Positions 40,656-48,982 of a DNA stretch of 64,000 nt are shown here, in pieces. The DNA is from Spirochaetota bacterium (GTDB lineage Bacteria; Spirochaetota; UBA4802; JAFGJZ01), in assembly GCA_016928815.1 (NCBI GenBank), contig JAFGJZ010000167.1:478-64477 (forward strand), read 5' to 3'. The notes beneath the pieces are model-generated. The model saw only the letters and a program-made list of their open reading frames with translations. It was not told where the DNA came from and did not search any database. A program made the position numbers and the translations under genes. Position 1 is the stretch's first letter. The number at the start of each line of letters is the position of its first letter.

Positions 40656-41114
40656 ATGGAAAATTTTAATAAATTCAAAACATCTGCAAATATAGACGGA
40701 TATTTTTATGATCAAATCAGAAAAGCCGCCGCAATTTTTAATATAAACGAAAAAATAATTTTCAAAGATCTTATTTGCATTATAATAACTTCAGCAGATT
40801 GCGGTTATATTACTAATTCTTTGACAGAATATCAGGATCACTCACCTCAAAAATGGGAAACAATTTATTATCAACTTGATGCTGTTGAAATTGAAACTTT
40901 TTTAAAAGCCAGGTTGAAATATAAAATTTCTATTTCAAAACTTGCTTTTATCGGATTTGTTTTATTCTGGAATTTACTTTTATATAGATATGCTGAAAGA
41001 ATTAAAACATCAACCAATGAAATATTTTCTCATAGTTATTTCAATTTCAGTAACAAATATGATCATTTTAAAGAATATTTTGAAAAAAAATTTAAAATCA
41101 TAAGAAAAGAATAA
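40656..41114 (+). CDS. Small protein, member B of the three-copy paralogous family
   Basis: Roughly 50% identical to 58333..58788 over the full length (TSANIDGYFYDQI / TSANIDSFFLDNI, TEYQDHSPQKWETIYYQL / TEYQDHKPENWKTLYYSL, KISISKLAFIGFVLFW in both). Conserved leader. Confidence 0.5.
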   Translation: MENFNKFKTSANIDGYFYDQIRKAAAIFNINEKIIFKDLICIIITSADCGYITNSLTEYQDHSPQKWETIYYQLDAVEIETFLKARLKYKISISKLAFIGFVLFWNLLLYRYAERIKTSTNEIFSHSYFNFSNKYDHFKEYFEKKFKIIRKE

Positions 41115-41294
41115 AAAAACACCAGTTAAATCAACCAGATATATTTACTTTATAATTTCAAAATTCAGAAGGATATTTTAAATTTAATTAGTGGAAATAT
41201 TCACTGATTATCACATAAAATCTTCATTTTGTTTCTTGACAGATTTTAAAGAACCTCAAGTATTTGGCTACATATTAAAAAAAGCAGGATTTTC

Positions 41295-42902
41295 ATGAAT
41301 TTACATAAAGAAATAAATAAAAGAAAAACATTTGCCATCATCAGCCACCCGGATGCTGGAAAAACCACTCTAACTGAAAAATTGCTTTTATACAGCGGTG
41401 CCATCCATATAGCAGGTGCAGTTAAATCCAACAAAATTAAAAAAACCGCCACCTCCGATTTCATGGAAATTGAAAAGCAACGAGGAATATCTGTTGCTAC
41501 TTCAGTTCTTTCTTTTAATTATAAAGGACATATCATCAATCTGCTTGATACTCCAGGCCATAAAGATTTTGCTGAAGATACCTATAGAACTCTAACCGCC
41601 GTTGATAGTGTTATTCTTGTAATTGACAGCGTAAAAGGTGTCGAGGAGCAGACGAAAAAACTGATGGAAGTATGCCGACTCAGAAATTATCCGGTAATTA
41701 TTTTCATCAATAAAATGGACCGTGAAGGTAAATCCCCGATTGAACTTCTTGATGAACTTGAAAAAAATCTGGATATAAATGTAAGACCTTTGAGCTGGCC
41801 GGTAGGAATGGGAAGTTCTTTTAAAGGTGTATATAACATCTATAAAAATACCTTCAATTTTTTCAAATCAAACAAAACACAGATAGAGGATGAAATTAAA
41901 ATATTTAAAGGATTAGATGATCCTGAAATTGATGAGGCAATAGGTCCTGATGCGGGAATTCTTCGTGAAGAAATTGAACTGGTGGACAGCATTTACGACA
42001 ATTTCAACATGGAAGATTATCTCTCCGGAATTCTAGCTCCGGTTTTTTTCGGCAGTGCTGTAAATAATTTCGGGATAAAGGAGCTTTTAGAAACATTTGT
42101 AGAAATAGCGCCTAAACCGCTGGCACGTGAAACGACAAACGGTCAAATTGAACCGCACAATGAAAAATTCAGCGGTTTCGTATTTAAAATTCATGCAAAC
42201 CTTGATCCAAGACACCGTGACAGAATAGCATTTTTCCGTGTATGTTCAGGGAAATTTGAAAGAAATAAATTTTATCATCATGTTCGCCTCGGCAGGGATA
42301 TTAAATTTCCTAATCCTGCAAATTTCATGGCACAGGATAAAAGCATTGTGGAAGATGCTTTTCCGGGAGATGTTATCGGCCTTTATGATTCAGGTATTTT
42401 TAAAATCGGAGATACACTTACAGAAGGTGATTCTTTCATGTACAAAGGCATTCCAAGATTTTCTCCTGAGCATTTCTGTGAAATCATAAATACTGATCCG
42501 TTCAAATCCAAACAGCTTGAAAAAGGACTCATGCAGCTTACCGATGAGGGTCTTGCCCAACTCTTCATACAGAATCCTGGGAATAGAAAGGTAATAGGTG
42601 TTGTAGGGCCGCTTCAGTTTGATGTTATCAAATACAGACTTTTAAATGAATTCGGTGCAAGCTGTAATTTTTCACCAATTGATGCATATAAAGCTGTATG
42701 GATTAAATACAAAAAAATCGAAGACATTAAAGATCTTACTGATCTTCGCAGTCACAATTTATATACTGATAAAAACAATAATATGGTTTTCATTCCGAAT
42801 ACAAAATACATTCTTCAGCTGGCAAAAGATAAAAGTCCGGAAGCACAATTTCTTATGAGTGTTGAACATAATGATCAGACACTTGACATGGAAGCCAGCT
42901 GA
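41295..42902 (+). CDS. prfC: Peptide chain release factor 3
   Basis: [22 protein letters not shown] (G1). DTPGH (G3). NKMD (G4). Length 535 aa, typical of RF3. Confidence 0.9.
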   Translation: MNLHKEINKRKTFAIISHPDAGKTTLTEKLLLYSGAIHIAGAVKSNKIKKTATSDFMEIEKQRGISVATSVLSFNYKGHIINLLDTPGHKDFAEDTYRTLTAVDSVILVIDSVKGVEEQTKKLMEVCRLRNYPVIIFINKMDREGKSPIELLDELEKNLDINVRPLSWPVGMGSSFKGVYNIYKNTFNFFKSNKTQIEDEIKIFKGLDDPEIDEAIGPDAGILREEIELVDSIYDNFNMEDYLSGILAPVFFGSAVNNFGIKELLETFVEIAPKPLARETTNGQIEPHNEKFSGFVFKIHANLDPRHRDRIAFFRVCSGKFERNKFYHHVRLGRDIKFPNPANFMAQDKSIVEDAFPGDVIGLYDSGIFKIGDTLTEGDSFMYKGIPRFSPEHFCEIINTDPFKSKQLEKGLMQLTDEGLAQLFIQNPGNRKVIGVVGPLQFDVIKYRLLNEFGASCNFSPIDAYKAVWIKYKKIEDIKDLTDLRSHNLYTDKNNNMVFIPNTKYILQLAKDKSPEAQFLMSVEHNDQTLDMEAS

Positions 42903-43009
42903 TGGTTAACATGAAACAAGTATCCTAAAATAAAAATATACTCAGTATTCTACAAGTTATCTTGTGGTAAAAATTAATTATTTTCTGATATTTCATTGCA
43001 ATCATACTT

Positions 43010-43948
43010 TTACTTAATTTCCAGTAGAGAAAAATATACTCCTTTTACAACTTCAGCCATCCGGTTAAAATCCAGTGTATCAATCGTATCGGTTTTCTTA
43101 TGATAATTCGGGTTTCTGAAAAATGCGGTATCTGTTATCATTATTGCATTATACCCGTACTTCCAGTAATTTCTATGGTCTGAAAAATCAATCCCTTTTA
43201 CAAATGAAGGTGCCGACAGTGTTTTTACGCTCAACGTACTTTTCTGCTTCAAAGTCTTTTTAACTGAATTTATATATTTCTTATCTGCAGGTCTACCCAC
43301 GACAGCAATGAAGTTGCCTTTATTCGGATAAAATAATTTCATAATTCCGGCGGGATACTGCTGTGAATTTTCGTTCTCACTGAAATAACCTATCATTTCA
43401 AGTACAATTGCCAGCTTAACCTTTGCATTATTTTTAAAAAGATTTCCGGCATGAACCGCGCTTCCCATGTTTACAGTTCCGAAAAATGGCGGTTCTTCAG
43501 TTGAATATGCTGTAAATTCAATTCTATAGTTCAATTCCGGTTTGTTTTCGGCTGTAATTCTTGCAATTTCTATAAGTCCGGCAATTCCGCTGGCATTATC
43601 ATCCGCACCGGGGAAATTTCCGAAGACATCATAATGTGCTCCTAATACAATCACAGGGAGATCCTGATTTCCATAAGAACATATTACATTCCTGAATAAT
43701 TTTCCTCCTGCTTCATATTCCTGAAATTCAGCACTATATCCGCTTTTAATAAATTCTTGTTTGATATATTCAGAGACGGAATTTAAAGATTCTGTATTAT
43801 TATTGTTTCTAGGTCCTTCACCGGAAACAAGAAATGAAACATGACTGTAAAGATTATCAACAAGCTTCTCATTCAAGCTCAAAGAGGACAATAATGACGT
43901 TGCCATCAGCAATATGACAGAATAAATAATCTTTTTAATTTTCCCCAT
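43010..43948 (-). CDS. M28-family zinc aminopeptidase (secreted)
   Basis: Signal peptide. VIVLGAHYDVFGNFPGADDNASGIAGLIEIARI matches the M28 metal-ligand block (HxD...DD.SG). Start at 43948, with AGGTGAG SD. Confidence 0.75.
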   Translation of the reverse strand: MGKIKKIIYSVILLMATSLLSSLSLNEKLVDNLYSHVSFLVSGEGPRNNNNTESLNSVSEYIKQEFIKSGYSAEFQEYEAGGKLFRNVICSYGNQDLPVIVLGAHYDVFGNFPGADDNASGIAGLIEIARITAENKPELNYRIEFTAYSTEEPPFFGTVNMGSAVHAGNLFKNNAKVKLAIVLEMIGYFSENENSQQYPAGIMKLFYPNKGNFIAVVGRPADKKYINSVKKTLKQKSTLSVKTLSAPSFVKGIDFSDHRNYWKYGYNAIMITDTAFFRNPNYHKKTDTIDTLDFNRMAEVVKGVYFSLLEIK

Positions 43949-44006
43949 AGTTACTTTCTCACCTAAAAATATTAAATACAAAAAAATTTTTTATTGTTTT
44001 CAAAAA

Positions 44007-44930
44007 TTACATTCTGAATGTCAGGGTAACTCTGGTTCCGTTTTTTCTATCAAGCTGAATATTCCCTTTAATCTGCTCTGAAAGTATTTTAATCAGCCCA
44101 AGACCAAACCCTGACGGATTGTTAAAGTCCACTGATTCGGGCATCCCGTTACCGTTATCTGACACAATCACCGAACATATTCCACTTTCAGCCGTCACTG
44201 AAACAGATAGCAGACCTTTATTCCTGCCTGCAAATGCATATTTCATAGCATTGGTAATTAATTCATTGATTATTATTCCCAATATCTGCAATTTTTTAAA
44301 ATCAATAATAAATTCCCCGATATTTTTTTCCAGCTGAACAAAACTGCTATTAGGAAAATTCACAAAGATCTGATTTATTAACTCAGACAAATAAGAATTG
44401 ACCGGCATTTCAAGGATGTTATCAGACTGATATAATTTATCATACAGAATCATCATACTGTAGACACGCCCTTCAGCATCTTTTAAAGGACAGGCAAGAG
44501 CAGGATCCTCAAGCGCTTCAGCCTGAAGTGAAAGCATGCTTCTTATTGTATTCATATTATTCTTAATTCGATGATGCACTTCATGAAGAATAAGTTCTTT
44601 TTCTGCAAGGAGTTTCTTTATTTCGGTTTCTTTTTGCATACGCTCATCAAAAATAAAGCGAATACCGAAAATACCTGTCAGCATACAAACTGACAATATC
44701 AAACCTGTAATTTCAACCGGCAAATTTAAAGTATATGAAGCTGCTGATCCGCTAAAAAAAATATATAATGGAATAATTCTTCTGACAGTCATCAGGATAA
44801 GCGCTGATGAAATAAGAATCCATGAATATTTAAATCCAGTTATTTTTATAAGCCACAAGGCATATAAAGCTGCTATTAATTGGATCAGCATTGAAGCAAT
44901 TAATACATTAATAATAAACATATACCACAT
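44007..44930 (-). CDS. Sensor histidine kinase, HisKA_2 (HWE-like) type, membrane-anchored
   Basis: Three N-terminal TM helices. H-box HEVHHRIKNNMNTIRSML matches the HisKA_2 signature. HATPase N-box LGIIINELITNAMKYAF. G-box SDNGNGMP...GFGLGLI. No response regulator gene adjacent. Confidence 0.75.
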   Translation of the reverse strand: MWYMFIINVLIASMLIQLIAALYALWLIKITGFKYSWILISSALILMTVRRIIPLYIFFSGSAASYTLNLPVEITGLILSVCMLTGIFGIRFIFDERMQKETEIKKLLAEKELILHEVHHRIKNNMNTIRSMLSLQAEALEDPALACPLKDAEGRVYSMMILYDKLYQSDNILEMPVNSYLSELINQIFVNFPNSSFVQLEKNIGEFIIDFKKLQILGIIINELITNAMKYAFAGRNKGLLSVSVTAESGICSVIVSDNGNGMPESVDFNNPSGFGLGLIKILSEQIKGNIQLDRKNGTRVTLTFRM

Positions 44931-45149
44931 CCACCCTGTCTGATTTATTTACGGATTTGTTAATCCGGGACCAAACGATATAAATACATTAATTTAAGAT
45001 TATACTTTTCTAAAAAAAATTCAACAAATTTAAATAAATTTAACCCGGTTATTATTTTACTTTATTAATAGTAAAGGTATATTATGCTTGTATAATTTTA
45101 GGAATTATATTTTTTATAAAATCAGGATATCAGAAAAAAGGAAATACCA

Positions 45150-46052
45150 TTGAAAAGAATTAAACTATCAAAAACACTTACACTGCCTGAAATAGTTCAT
45201 GGAATGTGGCGTCTAATAGACTGGAAATGGTCTTTTAATGAAACTCTGGAATTTATAGAAAGTGCTGTAAATATAGGCATTACTGCATTTGATCATGCTG
45301 ATATATACGGAAATTATGAATGTGAAAAAGAATTCGGAAAAGCAATGAGTATGAAACCTGAGCTGCGGAATAAAATTCAGCTTATTACAAAATGCGGAAT
45401 AAAACTTGTATCTGACAAATATCCTGAATGCAGAACAGGACATTATGATACCAGTAAAAAACATATAATTTCAAGTGTCGAGAAGTCACTTATAAACTTA
45501 AAAACCGACTACATAGATCTTCTGCTAATACATAGACCTGATCATTTAATGAACCCGGATGAAATCGCCGATGCATTCAGTCATCTGCTTAAACAGGGAA
45601 AAGTTTTAAATTTCGGGGTTTCAAATTTTCTGCCTTCCCAGTTACAACTGATTCAATCACGATTTTCAGAAAAACTGGTTGCAAATCAGCTGGAAATATC
45701 ACCGGCACATCTTGAACATCTCAACAACGGTAATCTTAATTTTCTTCTAAAAGAGAATATCATCCCTATGGCATGGTCACCGCTTGGCGGCGGATCCATT
45801 TTTACCCCACGGACTGAAAATGCCGGAAATTTAAAAAGAAAACTTGAGGAAATTGCTCTGCAGCTGAATGCAGAAAACATTGATACAGTAATTTACTCAT
45901 GGCTTTTTGCTCATCCCTCCGGAATAATTCCTGTAGTCGGTTCCGGGAAAATTGAAAGATTAAAAACAGCTGTTGAAGCGACTGATGTAAAATTAAACAG
46001 ACAGCAATGGTACGAAATACTCATTGCTTCACAGGGACATCCTGTTCCTTAG
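45150..46052 (+). CDS. Aldo/keto reductase family oxidoreductase
   Basis: GITAFDHADIYGNYECEKEFGKAM (AKR catalytic D/Y/K region). IDLLLIHRPD. TTG start with SD. Confidence 0.8.
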   Translation: MKRIKLSKTLTLPEIVHGMWRLIDWKWSFNETLEFIESAVNIGITAFDHADIYGNYECEKEFGKAMSMKPELRNKIQLITKCGIKLVSDKYPECRTGHYDTSKKHIISSVEKSLINLKTDYIDLLLIHRPDHLMNPDEIADAFSHLLKQGKVLNFGVSNFLPSQLQLIQSRFSEKLVANQLEISPAHLEHLNNGNLNFLLKENIIPMAWSPLGGGSIFTPRTENAGNLKRKLEEIALQLNAENIDTVIYSWLFAHPSGIIPVVGSGKIERLKTAVEATDVKLNRQQWYEILIASQGHPVP

Positions 46053-46072
46053 AATACAAAATTATAAAATGC

Positions 46073-46420
46073 TCATAATACTTCCATTTCTTTAATGAAA
46101 TAGTCTGATGTACCGCTGAAATTCAATTTACCGCTGCAATCCGGACATGCAGCTTCTTTTGCAACGGAAAAATCATCATGAAAAAATTTTCCGCATGACG
46201 TACATCTGAATTCACCCTTCTGCCGGATTATTTTAATAACTGAACCTTCCGCTGCAGTACCGGCAGCAAGTATTTTATAATATTTTTCCATCCAAATTTC
46301 CTGAAAATCACTTAGTGCCCCTATTTCAAGAGTAATTGAAATTACCTTTTTAACTTTATTCTTCCGTGCTGATTCAAGCACTATAGTTAAAATTTTTTCC
46401 ATCAGAGGCAGCTCATGCAT
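46073..46420 (-). CDS. hypA: HypA-like zinc-finger protein (hydrogenase nickel-incorporation factor family fold)
   Basis: MHELPLMEKILTIVLESARKN…VISITLEIGALSD…FRCTSCGKFF…CPDCSG aligns with E. coli HypA (MHE.SL…CxxC…CPxC). No hydrogenase genes in this window. Confidence 0.55.
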   Translation of the reverse strand: MHELPLMEKILTIVLESARKNKVKKVISITLEIGALSDFQEIWMEKYYKILAAGTAAEGSVIKIIRQKGEFRCTSCGKFFHDDFSVAKEAACPDCSGKLNFSGTSDYFIKEMEVL

Positions 46421-46538
46421 TTAAAAAACCCTATCAAAATATATGCTATTCAACAAGCATAGGTTTTCAAGTACAACAAGAATTTAGGAATTTATCTGTA
46501 ATTTTTAAATACCCAATCAGCCAGTTCCAATGACCTCA

Positions 46539-47741
46539 TTATATTGCTAGATTTAAATTCACCTTTATAAAAAAAATTTCCCGCGGAAGCGGACGCATGT
46601 TATATATAGATGCCATGGAGAAACAGTAAGCGCCTGCATTCATAATTGCAAGGAAATCTCCTTCTCGTATTTCGGGTATAAGGCGGTCTACTGCAAAACA
46701 ATCACCTGATTCACATATATTTCCGCAAATATCATATACCCGCAATTCACCATCCGGATTACTGATATTAATTATATGATGATAAGCATTATATAAAACA
46801 GGACGCATTAAATGTGTAAACCCTGAATTTACTCCGGCTATATTCCTCTCCTTGTTCTTCTTTAAAGTATTTACCTGTACTAAAAAAATTCCCGCCTCTG
46901 ATGTAAGAAACTTGCCAGGTTCAATATATAAACTTAACTGTCTTCCGTAATTATCGCAAAATTCCTTAAAAACATTTCCGGCTGTTTCCCCAAATTCATC
47001 ATAATCAACATCAGCCTCTTCCGGATGATATTTAACCTTGAATCCTCCGCCCAAATCAATAAATTTCAAATCAGGAAAATTTTCTTTGAGTGCAATTGAT
47101 AAAAGATTTTTCATGCTTTGAATAAATTTTGACTTGTCCGATATTCCGCTGCCTGCATGTTTATGCACACCGATTACTTTCAAAGAATATTTTCCGCATA
47201 TCTGCAGCACTTTTTCTACATCCGAAAGAAGAATTCCAAATTTTGTTTTCGGTCCTCCTGTCTGAATATGCGAATGTTCCCCTGCAACTACATCCGTATT
47301 AAACCGGAGACATATATCAGTTCCCTGATATTTCCTGCCGTATTTTTCAAGACGAGATAATGAATCGATGTTAATAAGAACTCCAGTTCGCGAGATTTCT
47401 GATATTTCTTCATCTGTACTGTTGTTTGAAGTAAATATAACCCGGTCAGGCGTAAAACCGCATTTCAAGGCAAGAAAAACTTCAGCAGGACTTACTGCAT
47501 CAATCCCGCATCCTTCATTACGGAGAATTTCCAGAATTTGAGGATGATAATTTGATTTCATGGCATAGAATATTTTTATATTCTTCCATTTAATAAATTG
47601 TTTAATAAAATTATATCTATTAATTATACTTTCTCCGGAGTACAGAAAAAATGGTGTTTCATACCTTTTAAGTGCTTCAGTTAAATCAGTTCTGCCGATA
47701 AAACTGATTATTTCCCCCTGCTTTAAAAAAGTATCTGTCAT
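46539..47741 (-). CDS. PLP-dependent fold-III decarboxylase (diaminopimelate decarboxylase LysA or carboxynorspermidine decarboxylase NspC family)
   Basis: IFYAMKSNYHPQILEIL (YAxKxN PLP-lysine motif). C-terminal CGNICESGDCFAVDR…AGAYCFSMASIYN matches GPICESGD…AGAY of LysA. LysA versus NspC cannot be distinguished by eye. Confidence 0.7.
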   Translation of the reverse strand: MTDTFLKQGEIISFIGRTDLTEALKRYETPFFLYSGESIINRYNFIKQFIKWKNIKIFYAMKSNYHPQILEILRNEGCGIDAVSPAEVFLALKCGFTPDRVIFTSNNSTDEEISEISRTGVLINIDSLSRLEKYGRKYQGTDICLRFNTDVVAGEHSHIQTGGPKTKFGILLSDVEKVLQICGKYSLKVIGVHKHAGSGISDKSKFIQSMKNLLSIALKENFPDLKFIDLGGGFKVKYHPEEADVDYDEFGETAGNVFKEFCDNYGRQLSLYIEPGKFLTSEAGIFLVQVNTLKKNKERNIAGVNSGFTHLMRPVLYNAYHHIINISNPDGELRVYDICGNICESGDCFAVDRLIPEIREGDFLAIMNAGAYCFSMASIYNMRPLPREIFFIKVNLNLAI

Positions 47742-47754
47742 ATTGCCTCCTATT

Positions 47755-47773
47755 TAGTTGTACCATACAACTA
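47755..47773. promoter_or_regulatory. Operator-like palindrome TAGTTGTA-cca-TACAACTA (copy 1), upstream of the decarboxylase gene
   Basis: Perfect 8-bp inverted arms. Same core recurs at 48299..48316 in front of marR. Confidence 0.55.
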
Positions 47774-47787
47774 TTCATTAAAAATTA

Positions 47788-48258
47788 TTATATGTTTTCC
47801 TCTTTAAATACATCAACCAGAAGCTCGAAGGAATTCATTACCTCACGGACTTTTCCCTTTGGAAGACGCTTCAGTATGTTCCTGTAATAATCCATTCTGC
47901 TGCCTTTCAATATCTGCGCATAATGTTTTCCGGCGTAAGTAAGCTGTACGTTAATTTCCCGCTTATCCTCCGAATTTTTTCTTTTACAGATATAATTTTT
48001 TTCAACAAGTGAATCAATAAGTCTTGTAACAGTGCTTTTCTCAAGATTCATTTCAGATATTACCTCAGTCATGTTCATATCGTCCGTAAATCTGTTTAAA
48101 AGCATAATCAGTAATGTTGCCTGTGAAGTGGAAATATTCTGTTTTTTAACAAAATCTTTTTCAATTCCCTGGAAAATTACAGAGGTTTTATAAAGCAGCT
48201 TGCCTATATCTTCAAGGCATTTTAAATATTTCTCAGTATTTTCAATTTCAGCAGTCAT
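47788..48258 (-). CDS. MarR-family transcriptional regulator
   Basis: Winged-helix block SQATLLIMLLNRFTDDMNMTEVISEMNLEKSTVTRLIDSLVEKNYICKRKNSEDKREINVQLTYAG. Confidence 0.8.
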   Translation of the reverse strand: MTAEIENTEKYLKCLEDIGKLLYKTSVIFQGIEKDFVKKQNISTSQATLLIMLLNRFTDDMNMTEVISEMNLEKSTVTRLIDSLVEKNYICKRKNSEDKREINVQLTYAGKHYAQILKGSRMDYYRNILKRLPKGKVREVMNSFELLVDVFKEENI

Positions 48259-48298
48259 GATTTAATCATAAATAATAATGTCATTTTGTCAAGAATTT

Positions 48299-48316
48299 TG
48301 TTGTACCATACAACTA
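48299..48316. promoter_or_regulatory. Operator-like palindrome TGTTGTA-cca-TACAACTA (copy 2) in the marR/tetR divergent intergenic region
   Basis: 17 of 19 nt identical to the copy at 47755..47773. Located about 40 nt upstream of the marR start. Confidence 0.55.
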
Positions 48317-48339
48317 AATTCTAAATTTTTTTCTTGACA

Positions 48340-48357
48340 TAAATGAATGTTCATTTA
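48340..48357. promoter_or_regulatory. Second palindrome TAAATGAA-tg-TTCATTTA overlapping a TTGACA -35 box just upstream of tetR (candidate TetR operator)
   Basis: Perfect 8-bp arms. TTGACA at 48334..48339. tetR ATG at 48368. Confidence 0.45.
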
Positions 48358-48367
48358 TTTATAAATC

Positions 48368-48940
48368 ATGAGAATACGGGACGATAAAAAACGCGAAAAC
48401 ATTATTTCTTCTGCTATGAGAATTATCAATGAATATGGATTCGCAGACATCTCAATGAATAAGATAGCATCGGAAGCCGGAGTTTCTCCTGCTACAATTT
48501 ACATCTACTTCCTCGATAAAGAAGATCTGATAAAAAATATCTTCATTTCTGTAAAATCCGATCTGGAAAAATTTCTATTTTCAAAAGTTGATTTTAATTC
48601 AAAACTTGAAGTAACAGTTAAGGAATTATGGAAAAATTTTTTCGACTTCTGCACCGAACAGAAAGATAAATTTATCTTTCTTGAGCAGTTTATTCATTCA
48701 CCAAGCGCCAATAAAACAAAACACGGTAAACTGAATTTTTTTAATGATACTTTTACCAAACTTATTAATAACGGAAAAAAATCAGGTATTCTGAAAAATC
48801 TGCCAGATGATATCATTTTAGTATTCGCATTATCACCTATAATTCAGCTGGCTAAAAGTCACATATCAGGAGAAATTAATCTTACCTCAAAAAATTTCCA
48901 GCTGGCTTTTCAAAGTGCCTGGGATGCAATTAGCCTATAG
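48368..48940 (+). CDS. TetR/AcrR-family transcriptional regulator
   Basis: N-terminal HTH ENIISSAMRIINEYGFADISMNKIASEAGVSPATIYIYF. Confidence 0.85.
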   Translation: MRIRDDKKRENIISSAMRIINEYGFADISMNKIASEAGVSPATIYIYFLDKEDLIKNIFISVKSDLEKFLFSKVDFNSKLEVTVKELWKNFFDFCTEQKDKFIFLEQFIHSPSANKTKHGKLNFFNDTFTKLINNGKKSGILKNLPDDIILVFALSPIIQLAKSHISGEINLTSKNFQLAFQSAWDAISL

Positions 48941-48982
48941 ACATCATTTATTAAAATCTTAAATATAAAATCATACCGGAGA

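Noticed and set aside
48243-48260. ATGATT-t-AATCAT palindrome overlapping the marR start codon
   Set aside because: Short, AT-only, and likely coincidental in a 30%-GC region. The longer GTTGTA dyads are better operator candidates.
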